From assembly GCA_963713855.1 (NCBI GenBank), contig OY970209.1, positions 128,001-192,000 on the forward strand: 64,000 nt of DNA. The letters are read 5' to 3'. The translations under genes were made by a program, and so were the position numbers. The number at the start of each line of letters is the position of its first letter. Positions within the stretch are counted from its first letter, which is position 1. This stretch comes from an uncultured bacterium. Its GTDB lineage: Bacteria; Babelota; Babeliae; Babelales; Babelaceae. Below are positions 1-9,721 of the stretch, in pieces. Below the pieces are notes generated by a model. The model did no database searches, was not told the DNA's origin, and saw nothing but the letters and a program-made list of their open reading frames with translations.

Positions 1-1150
1 TGTTTTGTTCTAATAAAGTATCAAGAGCAAATAAATCAGCCCTTTTTTCCGCTATTCGTGATCTTAGAAGCTCATTATAGTCTTCGCGCGATGGGGGTAT
101 CTCCCACAAAGCAGGTTTTTTAGCAATAATTTCGCGCATGTTTCGACCAATAGATGTCGTATCATCTAACACGTTTTTCCCAAGTTCGCGGTAGTGATTA
201 ACTCGCTTAAGATCTTTTCGAACATCAGGCCGTCGGTTTACTGTGCTCGGTGAAAGCTTACCTTCTTCAATTTCCTTATAAATTCTGTGGTCATCATGAA
301 TGATATGACCCAACTCATGGTAAATAGTAAATAGCATGGCATCTAAATCGGGTTCCTGACAAAGCGCTATATAAGCCTTGCTTTTGGAAACGGTTCCTAC
401 TTGTCCACCGGTGGTAATATCAGGGTACCATAAGGTCAGGAGCTTATCTTTGAGCCCAATAATGGCCTGCGCCTCTTTTACCAGTTGCTTTTGGGCAAGT
501 GTTGCAGGTAGTGCGCCTGTCAACAAGGATCCTATTTCCAGAGCCTCTGCTACATTCTTTATCTCCTTTTCCGCGCTAAGACCTTTCAAGTGCAACGTTT
601 GAAGCCATTCTTTGTCGACATGGTGTATCGTTTTTGCAAGCGGTGCGTGAAGAAGCTCTCTCAAAAAGTTATAGGCAAAAAGGTAGCTTCTCGAGATCTC
701 CAGTTTTTCCGTATGAAAGATTGCTTGTTCAAGATCTGACTGTTCCTCGCTTATAAGCCACAGAAGGTTTGCTATTTGAGCTTCTAAAAAGATATAGCCA
801 TCATCACGCCATCCTAGCTTTTTAAGTTCTTTCCAGATTGTGAAATCACGGCGCTTAAGCCATACCGACTTAATATCCTCAATGCCTTTTACTTGCTCAA
901 CGTGAGCTAAGCTGCGCAATCGATTGTAACTATCAAGCGCTTTTTGTTCGTGATTGCCAGCTTCTTGATAAGGGTCATTCTTCATATCCTCAAGAGCTTC
1001 CTCAACTGATTGAATAAGACCCTCTTGCTCTATAAGAAGGCTTTTCTCGTCAGTTTTTTGGGCTAATGCTTCTTGTACATGTACATTCTGAGTAGCTGAA
1101 CAGGCAATAAGTATCAAACACAGCGCAACTACTTTTCGTATTATTTTCAT
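1..1150 (-). CDS. Secreted zinc metallopeptidase-like protein (M48/HtpX-like motifs); runs off the window edge and is absent from the ORF track
   Basis: Manual translation from ATG at 1150: MKIIRKVVALCLILIACSATQ signal peptide, no stop to base 1, FTIYHELGH (HExxH, 319-305) and downstream AEKRADLFA (E-x-x-A-D as in M48 peptidases). Confidence 0.75.
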   Translation of the reverse strand, partial: MKIIRKVVALCLILIACSATQNVHVQEALAQKTDEKSLLIEQEGLIQSVEEALEDMKNDPYQEAGNHEQKALDSYNRLRSLAHVEQVKGIEDIKSVWLKRRDFTIWKELKKLGWRDDGYIFLEAQIANLLWLISEEQSDLEQAIFHTEKLEISRSYLFAYNFLRELLHAPLAKTIHHVDKEWLQTLHLKGLSAEKEIKNVAEALEIGSLLTGALPATLAQKQLVKEAQAIIGLKDKLLTLWYPDITTGGQVGTVSKSKAYIALCQEPDLDAMLFTIYHELGHIIHDDHRIYKEIEEGKLSPSTVNRRPDVRKDLKRVNHYRELGKNVLDDTTSIGRNMREIIAKKPALWEIPPSREDYNELLRSRIAEKRADLFALDTLLEQN

Positions 1151-1415
1151 TATCCACCTATCGAACAATTAACGGCTTTTATTTCTAATCGTATAATAAA
1201 TTATTATATTAAATCAAGAGTAGAACCTTTAAATAGAGACCCGTGCTAAGCCGCAATGGGCACATACTAGGAGGTCTCGATGGAAAAATCTACATTTAAT
1301 CGCTTTGCAATTTTTAATCTAAGTCGAGAAAGTAAGGTTAGATTGAGAAGGTTTAACAAAAAAGCAGTATGTACTATACTAAAAATAATACACCTTCGAA
1401 ACTGTCAAGGAATTC

Positions 1416-2822
1416 ATGAATCGTCGTCCAGTTGTTCGCTTTGCACCTTCACCAACAGGATTTATGCATCTAGGAAACGTACGCGCTGCTCTTCTTAACT
1501 TTCTTTTTGCTCGCCAAAAAGAAGGCACATTTATTCTTAGAATCGAGGATACCGATCCCCAAAGAAATGTGGACGTTGGCGCAAAGCATATTCTTGACGA
1601 TCTTTCTTGGCTGAACCTGACCTATGACCAAGGCCCTATTAAGGGTGGTCCCAATGCTCCTTACTTTCAGTCTGAACGAACAAACTATTATAAAACGTAC
1701 TTAGAAAAGCTTAAAGCCAAAAACATGGTATATTCCTGTTTTTGCAGTCCAGAAGAGCTTGAAACAAAAAGGCAGAGGCAAATCGCTTTACGCCAGCCAC
1801 CGCGTTACGATAGAGCGTGCCTTCGATTAAGCCCTCAAGAAAGAACCGCGCGAGAGGCGTCTTCAGGCTGCATTTGGAGATTTATGCTTCCCGATGAAAC
1901 AGTTTCCATTAACGATCTAGGGCGAGGAACCGTTGTTTTTGATTTTAAGCATTTTTCAGATTTTCCCTTAACGCGCCAGGATGGTTCTTTTACCTTTATT
2001 TTTGCAAACTTTGTTGACGATCTTTTGATGGGCATTACCCACGTAATACGCGGTGAAGACCACCTTACCAATACTGCATTACAGGCAGCCCTTTACCAAG
2101 CGTTTGATCATGAGCTTCCTAGTTTTTGGCACCTACCTATTATATGTAACGCTCAAGGCAAAAAACTATCAAAGCGAGATTTTGGTTTTTCATTGAGTGA
2201 TTTACGGATGAATGGGTTTCTGCCTGAGGCTATCTGTAACTACTTGGCGATACTTGGTGGTTCTTTTGAGCAAGAGATCATGAGTTTTGACGAGCTTATT
2301 AAAACGCTTGATTTTAACCATACGTCCTCTGCAAGCACTATCAAATATGACACTGAAAAGCTACGCTGGATGAATCATAAGTGGCTATCAAAAATTTCTC
2401 TTGATGAGCTTGCAACTCGCTGTCGACCGTATCTTATTCATGCGTACAAGAACGCGGAGCATATTTCGCAGGAAAAACTTATGTTCATCCTCTCTTTCGT
2501 ACGCACAGAAATGGTAACGCTTCACGACTGCGTTAACGCTTTAGCCTTCTACTTTAAAGAGCCAAAAATAGTTTCACCCATTAATCAGACAGCTCTTTCC
2601 ATTCTAAAAAAGATATTAAAAAGCCCCGAAGATCTTGCGGATAGTGAAGCATTCATTGAGCGCTTACGTAAAGAAGGAAAGACACAAAACCTTTCTACCA
2701 AAGAGCTTTTTGCAGCGCTGAGGCAGGGACTTACAGGCCAAATGCATGGTCCGAGCATCAAAGAACTCATTGAACTTCTAGGCGCTCAAGAATCGTACGA
2801 ACGCCTAAACAATATTGGGTAA
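1416..2822 (+). CDS. gltX: Glutamate--tRNA ligase
   Basis: RFAPSPTG-HLGN (HIGH), LRIEDTD, THVIRGEDH and KLSKR motifs. Confidence 0.97.
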   Translation: MNRRPVVRFAPSPTGFMHLGNVRAALLNFLFARQKEGTFILRIEDTDPQRNVDVGAKHILDDLSWLNLTYDQGPIKGGPNAPYFQSERTNYYKTYLEKLKAKNMVYSCFCSPEELETKRQRQIALRQPPRYDRACLRLSPQERTAREASSGCIWRFMLPDETVSINDLGRGTVVFDFKHFSDFPLTRQDGSFTFIFANFVDDLLMGITHVIRGEDHLTNTALQAALYQAFDHELPSFWHLPIICNAQGKKLSKRDFGFSLSDLRMNGFLPEAICNYLAILGGSFEQEIMSFDELIKTLDFNHTSSASTIKYDTEKLRWMNHKWLSKISLDELATRCRPYLIHAYKNAEHISQEKLMFILSFVRTEMVTLHDCVNALAFYFKEPKIVSPINQTALSILKKILKSPEDLADSEAFIERLRKEGKTQNLSTKELFAALRQGLTGQMHGPSIKELIELLGAQESYERLNNIG

Positions 2823-2877
2823 TAATTACAATTAAGCTTCAAGTTCACTTTTAGTGAGCTCTTTAACTGAGGTAAAA

Positions 2878-4434
2878 ATGAATAAAATTATTTTTTACAT
2901 TGCTGTCGTGGCAGCTTTTACCACCTTTTATTCAGCCCATACAATGGAAGAAGGCTTTCTTGAAGAATGTAAAAAGCTTAGTGAGCCGACAAATGATGAT
3001 GAGCAAAACGAACGAGACTCTAATCCAATAGCTCCGGAAGATCTTATTGAACAGGCTAGAGACCTTATCGGTGATCCTACAGCTCTATTAACTGACCTCT
3101 ATCAGGACGAATATTTTGTAATAAACAGCGCTCAAATTATTCTCAGTCTTCTTGAACAAGGAGCTAACCCAAACATTTATTCCCCTGATGGAGGTGGACT
3201 TCTCAATAATGCCGCGCACTATAATCCTACTCTGGTGCCCATTCTACTAAGTTTTGGTGCAGAGTTAGAAAACGTTAGCGAGCGAGACAAACTCGAATTC
3301 CTCGCACAAAATGGTATTACAGTTGAAGACGTAAATATGCTTGATGACAAGTACCTAACGATGCTTTTAAGAGTTCTTAAAGAAGCCGTCAAACAAGATA
3401 CCACGTGTCTCAAAGAGGCTTTACTTGGACAGCATTACGATACAGCAGATGAGCTTTGTTTACATGGAGCATCTTTGAGTCTCTTAAATAACTTTAGTCA
3501 GTTAAAACGGATAGACATGGATTGCGCGGTAAAAATTGCCCATTGGATGTTACTACATGGCTGCGAAATTTCTGTGGAATTTAGAAATATTATTTTTAGT
3601 CGCGTTGGGAAATTAACGTTGTTTGTTCTTATTGACGAAATTAATGACGCACAACTAGCTCTTAATGATTTCAACAATGAGCCATCTGCCTCACAAATTT
3701 CCGATCTTACAAATGCTTTTTTGCTTATGGCAGCTAGAGGTCAGCAAACACTAATTGATGAGACCTTAAGGTTAGCTAATTATCTTGACAGAAAAACTAT
3801 TAAAGATGCTCTTACACTGAGTGCTTTACACGGACAGTTACCGACATTTACCAACTTATTCAGAGCCATTGAAGGAAGGCTACAGTTGCAGCCATTAAGC
3901 TCCCAAAATTTTCTAAAAGCAATTACTAGAAGCTTCCAAGCGAGCGTAAGCTTGCTTTATAACGCTCTGCAACAAAGGTTTTTGTCAAACCGTGCGCCCG
4001 AAGTTCTTATGTCTCAGGAAGAATTTGAGGAAGCTCTAGGAAAAGCTCTTGCATGGGCAGTATTGCATAACAAAGAACCGATAATTAATTTTATTTTAGA
4101 TAGTGGCATCATGTTTTTTAGCACCTCGCTATTACTTCCCGCGCTTATGGTGAGTGCGAGGCAAAATAATGTACCTATGCTTCGAAGACTCATAAGCCTT
4201 TCAGAAATATATTTAACGACTGAAGAATTTAAAAATGCACTAGCTGGAGCTTATAGATGGGGAGTTTTACGAATAAATGAGCCCATAATCAATGAGCTTC
4301 AAGCATATGCGGCTAATCACGGTATTGATCTTAGTATTTTTGCCGAAGCTAATCGTATTGGAGCATTCATGCGCAATTGGCGCTTTTCTTACCTAGACAG
4401 ACTCGTACCTGCATCTCAAGAAAAAATACCTTAG
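2878..4434 (+). CDS. Secreted protein with degenerate ankyrin repeats
   Basis: ATG 2878 after GAGGT; signal peptide ending SAHT-ME; ankyrin-like segments LLEQGANPN, AARGQ, SALHGQ, AVLHNK. Confidence 0.7.
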   Translation: MNKIIFYIAVVAAFTTFYSAHTMEEGFLEECKKLSEPTNDDEQNERDSNPIAPEDLIEQARDLIGDPTALLTDLYQDEYFVINSAQIILSLLEQGANPNIYSPDGGGLLNNAAHYNPTLVPILLSFGAELENVSERDKLEFLAQNGITVEDVNMLDDKYLTMLLRVLKEAVKQDTTCLKEALLGQHYDTADELCLHGASLSLLNNFSQLKRIDMDCAVKIAHWMLLHGCEISVEFRNIIFSRVGKLTLFVLIDEINDAQLALNDFNNEPSASQISDLTNAFLLMAARGQQTLIDETLRLANYLDRKTIKDALTLSALHGQLPTFTNLFRAIEGRLQLQPLSSQNFLKAITRSFQASVSLLYNALQQRFLSNRAPEVLMSQEEFEEALGKALAWAVLHNKEPIINFILDSGIMFFSTSLLLPALMVSARQNNVPMLRRLISLSEIYLTTEEFKNALAGAYRWGVLRINEPIINELQAYAANHGIDLSIFAEANRIGAFMRNWRFSYLDRLVPASQEKIP

Positions 4435-4739
4435 ATTCTATCAGATCAATTTATGCGAGAAGAGTGGGACAATAAAAATTACCTCAGTTAAAGAGAAAAG
4501 GATTCTTTAATGGTGCTTTCCTGAAAGCATGCTTTTCATGATCACTGCATGAACAATTTGATATACGAAAAGCTCGGTGCCCTCTCTGCAAAAACAAGCA
4601 TAAAAAACCCGTGGAAGAAAAGAGGCCAGCAGACTGGTGGTTAACGGTTTTAGACTTTTTCCTAACTAACCTGACTTCGATCAAACGAAGCCCAATCCTT
4701 GTAATATTTTTGAGCCCCTTACTTTCACGGCTAAGCTAA
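4435..4739 (+). pseudogene. Decayed RING-H2 zinc-finger coding remnant
   Basis: In the frame of the upstream gene: VLS*KHAFHDHCM (TGA 4522-4524 where Cys is expected); after a frameshift, RCPLCK (CPLC at 4578-4589) runs to TAA 4739. Confidence 0.65.
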
Positions 4740-4766
4740 CTCATAACTGCTTACTTAAGACTTTTT

Positions 4767-4803
4767 GGGCAAGCTGGTCAGGAATAACCCTGACTGCTTG
4801 CCC
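4767..4803. terminator. Stem-loop between convergent genes
   Basis: GGGCAAGC-TGGTCAGG...CCCTGACT-GCTTGCCC inverted repeat; two small hairpins follow. Confidence 0.55.
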
Positions 4804-4849
4804 GACAATAGGTGTCGTCTTCGAGAAACTCGAAAATCAGATCTCATGC

Positions 4850-5302
4850 CTATTTAACGGCCGTGCGTTCTGTTTTACTTGAAGAAGCAAGTGGCTTTCC
4901 TGCTCGGCATTTGCTATCAGCCCCCACTTTATACGACACAATCCATTTATTCTGCGGCCCACTAGTAATATAGAAAGTAACCGCTTGAGGCCCTTTATCA
5001 ATAGGTAACTTTACAGTCTTGGATAATGAGCTTTTAACCTCAATATCTTCATCGCCTGTGGCTCTGTAAACTTTAGACTTATTTAAATCAATAACATTGC
5101 ATCCCTGCCTTGCGCACCAATCAGCTCCCACCATGAAGCTACCTTTCGGCTCCATCCGAAGGGGGTGCCAAAAATGGCTAAGCCAGAAAGCTATCTTTTC
5201 ATTGGTTAGGTTGCAGATATAGTACTCGATATTATCGGCGTTGCAGGAATGAACAAACCCAGCCAGAACCGCGAGCATCAGTAATCTTTTTAAAAATACC
5301 AT
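4850..5302 (-). CDS. Hypothetical secreted protein
   Basis: 150 aa, signal peptide (..VHSCNA-D), AAGGAG RBS. Confidence 0.7.
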   Translation of the reverse strand: MVFLKRLLMLAVLAGFVHSCNADNIEYYICNLTNEKIAFWLSHFWHPLRMEPKGSFMVGADWCARQGCNVIDLNKSKVYRATGDEDIEVKSSLSKTVKLPIDKGPQAVTFYITSGPQNKWIVSYKVGADSKCRAGKPLASSSKTERTAVK

Positions 5303-5960
5303 AGATATTCTCCTTAATTATCGCTTTTTATTGAGACTTCTTGATAGCTGCAGCATACCAAAAATCATGGCCAAATTGCAATATTATGACGAATCATGGC
5401 TTTATAATGGGATTACTTTATTATTAGAGTTTTGCGTAATAAGATGGGTTCTGAGGGATATTTGGGCGGCCTTCGGGCGTCTCTTTTGGCGGCCTTTACA
5501 AAAAAGTACTTTTTAGAGGATAATAAGTGATAATAAAAGGGTAATCCAACGAGAGTTTTCTATGATACAAAATCTGCACCCCCTGTCCTTTGAGTTGAAA
5601 GCCAATTGTGCTTGCAGTAATTTAACGATATCAACAAAGCGGGAAGTGCGGGTAATACGCAAAATTAAGGAAGCTGCAGAATTAAGATCTTTCCTTTATT
5701 CAAGGAAAGATTTGCGTTAAACTTTCCTAAAATAAAGGAAAGTTAGCAGTGAACCACATGGATACAAATGTTATACGTCAGATCTTGCCAGGAGAATTTC
5801 GCGATAGGCTTTCTTCTCTTGAAAATATTGTTGCCCTGACATCGTATTTCCGTGCCAACTAAGATAAAAATTATTATTGCTATGCGGCGTACAGGAAAAA
5901 CGTATTTTGTGTATCTTAACGTCCTTTTTATTTTTGCCATCTAGCAATCGACTACCAGTA

Positions 5961-6203
5961 CTAAAGAGTTTGAAAGCGATTTGGAAGTTTAACAAGCTGT
6001 GAAACTATAGCTCGCTTTTTAAGAGAGTCCATGATACTGCAAAAAAGCTCTTCTTGGCTTTCGGGCACAAAGAACTCAAAGAGCGATTGCTCTTTGTCGA
6101 GTGTACGATCAAAGGCCAGATGTTCATGGCTTCTTAAAAACGAAACGAGCAACCACGTGTCTTTACGTACAACCCGAGCTTGATAATAAGCACAATACGG
6201 CAT
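5961..6203 (-). CDS. Small conserved-looking protein (DUF4911-like)
   Basis: Probable start MPYCAYY at 6203 after AGAGG; EHLAFDRTLD..LFEFFVP resembles DUF4911. Confidence 0.6.
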   Translation of the reverse strand: MPYCAYYQARVVRKDTWLLVSFLRSHEHLAFDRTLDKEQSLFEFFVPESQEELFCSIMDSLKKRAIVSQLVKLPNRFQTL

Positions 6204-6252
6204 ACAATTTCCTCTAAGGTTATACTGTGTATTATACCAAACGGAAAGAAAC

Positions 6253-7428
6253 ATGACTACTAAATCACCAGCTAAAATGAGCACCTTTATGGCCACGATC
6301 GTAGGTATGAATGCCATGATCGGTGCTGGCATTTTCACCATACCCGAACAACTTCAGCGAACTGTAGGACCAGCTGCTCTTCTTACGTATGCATTTGTTA
6401 TCGGTGCTGTATGGAGCATAGCTTATTCTCTATCTCGAGTCGCTTATCATTATCCCCAAGAAGGCTCTTTCTACACCTACATTCAAGCATGGGCAGGAAA
6501 AAAAGTTGGTCTTGCAGCTGCTTTTCTTTATTGCACAGGTCTCGTTGTAGCCCTGGGGCTTCTTACTTATATGACGGGTATTTACCTTTATCGATTCTTT
6601 CCTCAGCTTTCGCCCCAGATACTTGGCAGTATTGCTCTTGGCATATTGGTATTTACCATTTTAGCCGGGACTAAGATCCTTCATTGGGGGCAGATAGTAC
6701 TTATTATTTTTACGATACTGCCATTAGCAGTTATTACTGTTTTATGTTTAAGCAAGGCGGATGTACGTAACCTTACGCCGTTCATGCCTTATGGACCACA
6801 AGCAATTTTTCGTGCCGCTAGAATAGTGATCTTTGGATTTTTTGGATTTGAATCTGTTGCAGCACTACACGCACTCGTTGCTCATCCTACGCGTACAGTA
6901 CCACGCGCTATAACTGCCTCCATCATTGCTGTAAGCATTGTATATGTAACATTTATACTCGCCACCCTCTTGGGCATACCACGTGCGATGGTATTACAGG
7001 GTGGGACCTTGCCCGACTTTCTATATAAATTGTTTCCAACATATTCATGGCTCATTACCCTAATCAATTGGGGTATAATCATTACCATCATGGGAACAAT
7101 ACATTCAATGATTTGGTCAGTCGGTACTCTTTTGCAATCCTTGACACGAATGACTACTCACTCTTTCTATTTAAGCTCCAGACAAGCTACACTCATCTTA
7201 AGTTTTTTTGTATGGCTAAGCAGTATTATGTTTAAAAGTCTTGATTTATTTTTCAATATTGCAGCACTTTGTATTATTATTGCACTGACTGGAGCGATTT
7301 GGCCCCTTGCAAGCAATATGATTCCAAGTACGAAAGGCCAAAGAATGATAGCTTGGGCAGGTATAGTGAGTGCGTTCATTATGTGTACTTATGCACTTGA
7401 AGGAATTTGGAAACATATGCTAAGTTAA
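6253..7428 (+). CDS. APC-family amino acid permease
   Basis: MIGAGIF (TM1), FFGFES (TM6), many TM helices. Confidence 0.9.
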   Translation: MTTKSPAKMSTFMATIVGMNAMIGAGIFTIPEQLQRTVGPAALLTYAFVIGAVWSIAYSLSRVAYHYPQEGSFYTYIQAWAGKKVGLAAAFLYCTGLVVALGLLTYMTGIYLYRFFPQLSPQILGSIALGILVFTILAGTKILHWGQIVLIIFTILPLAVITVLCLSKADVRNLTPFMPYGPQAIFRAARIVIFGFFGFESVAALHALVAHPTRTVPRAITASIIAVSIVYVTFILATLLGIPRAMVLQGGTLPDFLYKLFPTYSWLITLINWGIIITIMGTIHSMIWSVGTLLQSLTRMTTHSFYLSSRQATLILSFFVWLSSIMFKSLDLFFNIAALCIIIALTGAIWPLASNMIPSTKGQRMIAWAGIVSAFIMCTYALEGIWKHMLS

Positions 7429-7452
7429 AGGTGCTTTAAGTATATACAGCTC

Positions 7453-7484
7453 TTTTTTAAGGCGGTCAGTAGCGCCTTAAAAAA
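7453..7484. terminator. Inverted repeat, terminator-like
   Basis: TTTTTTAAGGCG-gtcagtag-CGCCTTAAAAAA. Confidence 0.5.
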
Positions 7485-7504
7485 GGTCGGAAAGGATAGT
7501 AGTA

Positions 7505-9046
7505 ATGTCAGCACGTCGACTTCTCACGTATGCTTTTGTTGTATGCTGCCTTGCATCGCAAACGCTTGAAGGATATTTAACAAGACTTACTAACAACGAT
7601 CCTTATCCGCTTTTTGCCTCAAGTGACCCTTATGAATTTTTAGCGCGCTGCTACAAAAATGACCTAGAAGACTACTGCGAACCTTGCAATGCTGGGTGCT
7701 TTAGAATGGCATTTTCAGGTTTTCGACAATCAGCACTAGCAGGCACTGATATGGAAGAAGTTGAAGACACGCCTTTGGGAGATCTTAAAGGTCGTTGGAA
7801 CATGATCGGGCTCTTTTATGACCCGAATGCCGCCGATGTTCTTATATCCGGCCTTGACCTTGTTACCAGCTTTACCTCATGTATTACAGATTCACCACTT
7901 AATATTAATCTGCTGACCGATCCTGCTGGAGCTGACCCTAAGCAACAATTCGGTTTTCTTTCTGTGCCAATACTCTACCGCAAGTACGGAAGCCGCTTTA
8001 TTGGTGAATTTGCTCTCCCATGCGGCTTTAGCTTAGAGCTTCGTGGAGGTTTAGTCCAAGTATGGCAAGAACCTAAATTTGTAGACCTTTCCTGCACGGC
8101 AACTGGTCAAACATGTCCAGTGCGTGACTGTACCGGCACTGATAATACAATACAAAATTTTCCGAACAGTTGCCCACCAGTTAATACTCTCAGCGAACAG
8201 GGAGTTACTGCAACAAATTGTGTAAATGCCAACTGTTGCATTGACGTACCACGATGCGAGTGTAAAACGCTGGTTATAGACAAGATTATTAAGCGAAAAG
8301 ACTTAATTGAAGACCTTCTTGGCTTCAAAGCAGATGAAAGCCTCTTCACCTCCGCGCCTTTCGTACAAACGGGACTTGAAGATACTGAAATAAACGTAAA
8401 TTGGCTTCAGCTCTTCCCGGTCAATAAAGGTAGAGCAGACTGGCCATTCTTCGTCCTTATGCCTTTTGCAAGCTTTGGTATTACCATTCCAACGGGCACC
8501 AGAGTTAACAAGGCCAATCTTTTTGCCCTACCTACAAGTAATAATGGACACTGGTCTTATGGTGGCAATTTTGGCATGACTATAGATTTTGTTGATGCTT
8601 TTACCATTGGCGGCGAGCTTGGCTTTACAGGCTTTACGCCTAGAGTGTATAACCGGTTTCCAGCGCCAACACAACAACTTCAATCAGGCGTATTTCCAGA
8701 GATAGTAAGTATGCGCGTAAGTCCTGGATTTAACTGGCATGCTGCCGTGTACTTTGGCTCATATCGCTTTTTAGACAGATTCTCCGCATGGGGTCAATAC
8801 GCTGTAATAAGCCACCAGAGAGACCACTTCCAACTAGTGTCACGAACATTCCACCCCGATAATACTCCTATCTTATTCGATAAACTCAAGCAGGAGTCGA
8901 GTTTTAGGGTACATTATGTTAACGTGGCTCTCAATTACGAGATATCACCTAATTGTCAGCTTGGTGTAGTGTGGCAGATCCCTGTGTTCCAGCAAAATGC
9001 CTATCGCTCTAGTATGGTTATGGGGACATTCCAAATATTCTTTTAA
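7505..9046 (+). CDS. Putative outer-membrane beta-barrel protein with Cys-rich insert
   Basis: Signal peptide, alternating aromatic/hydrophobic beta-strands in the C-terminal half, terminal Phe (GTFQIFF). Confidence 0.6.
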   Translation: MSARRLLTYAFVVCCLASQTLEGYLTRLTNNDPYPLFASSDPYEFLARCYKNDLEDYCEPCNAGCFRMAFSGFRQSALAGTDMEEVEDTPLGDLKGRWNMIGLFYDPNAADVLISGLDLVTSFTSCITDSPLNINLLTDPAGADPKQQFGFLSVPILYRKYGSRFIGEFALPCGFSLELRGGLVQVWQEPKFVDLSCTATGQTCPVRDCTGTDNTIQNFPNSCPPVNTLSEQGVTATNCVNANCCIDVPRCECKTLVIDKIIKRKDLIEDLLGFKADESLFTSAPFVQTGLEDTEINVNWLQLFPVNKGRADWPFFVLMPFASFGITIPTGTRVNKANLFALPTSNNGHWSYGGNFGMTIDFVDAFTIGGELGFTGFTPRVYNRFPAPTQQLQSGVFPEIVSMRVSPGFNWHAAVYFGSYRFLDRFSAWGQYAVISHQRDHFQLVSRTFHPDNTPILFDKLKQESSFRVHYVNVALNYEISPNCQLGVVWQIPVFQQNAYRSSMVMGTFQIFF

Positions 9047-9047
9047 C

Positions 9048-9076
9048 TGGACAATAACGGCTATAGGCTATACAAT
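9048..9076 (+). promoter_or_regulatory. sigma70-like promoter for rpsU-rbfA-pilD
   Basis: TGGACA-17 bp-TACAAT. Confidence 0.5.
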
Positions 9077-9122
9077 AAGGAAAACACCTTTTTTATCTAA
9101 GCTATAAGGAGTATTGATTATA

Positions 9123-9341
9123 ATGGCTACCATGAGACGCAAAGGCAACGTTACTGTTCCTGTGAATGATAACATTGAGCGCGCTTTGCGCCAACTTAAA
9201 AAAAAGATTGAAAGAGAAGGCGTAGTGCGCGATATGAAGCGTTTAGTATACTATGAATCGCCTACTCAAAAGCGTCGTAAAAAGCTCATGCGCGCTATCA
9301 AGCAAAATTGGATTCGCATGGCAGCACATAATATCATTTAA
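9123..9341 (+). CDS. rpsU: 30S ribosomal protein S21
   Basis: NIERALRQLKKKIEREG..YYESPTQKRRKK; AAGGAG upstream of ATG 9123. Confidence 0.92.
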   Translation: MATMRRKGNVTVPVNDNIERALRQLKKKIEREGVVRDMKRLVYYESPTQKRRKKLMRAIKQNWIRMAAHNII

Positions 9342-9344
9342 GCC

Positions 9345-9719
9345 ATGTCCTCCCCTTCGCCGATTCAAAGCATAAAAAAATCACAACGAGAGTCTCAGTT
9401 ACTTAAAGAAGTTACCGAACTACTAAGGCAAGCAGCTCTTGACGATCCGCGGCTCGGTCATGTTTTTGTAAGCAGAGTAGAACTTTCTCCTGACAGTAAA
9501 GTATGTACCGTTTATTTTTATTCGCTTGAAGGCGAAGCTCATTTTGAAAAAACGCTTGAAATATTAAAACTATATAAACCTTCTTTACGAAAAGCCCTCG
9601 CCCAACGCGTTAATAGAAGATATACACCTGAGCTTCTTTTTAAGTTCGACACAAGATTTAAAAAGCAGCAAAAGCTTGAAGAGCTCTTCGAGAAAATAAA
9701 AACGGAAGAATCCTCATAG
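9345..9719 (+). CDS. rbfA: Ribosome-binding factor A
   Basis: DPRL..VSRVELSPD..RYTPELLFKFD. Confidence 0.93.
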   Translation: MSSPSPIQSIKKSQRESQLLKEVTELLRQAALDDPRLGHVFVSRVELSPDSKVCTVYFYSLEGEAHFEKTLEILKLYKPSLRKALAQRVNRRYTPELLFKFDTRFKKQQKLEELFEKIKTEESS

Positions 9720-9721
9720 TT

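Noticed and set aside
4522..4524. TGA at a Cys position, suggesting selenocysteine or stop-codon recoding
   Set aside because: The same segment has TAG, TAA and a frameshift, and TGA ends intact genes (atpB, pheT, dnaG); ordinary decay explains it
5330..5960. Short ORFs 5331-5516, 5743-5940 and 5771-5995
   Set aside because: No RBS or motif support; probably non-coding or decayed sequence
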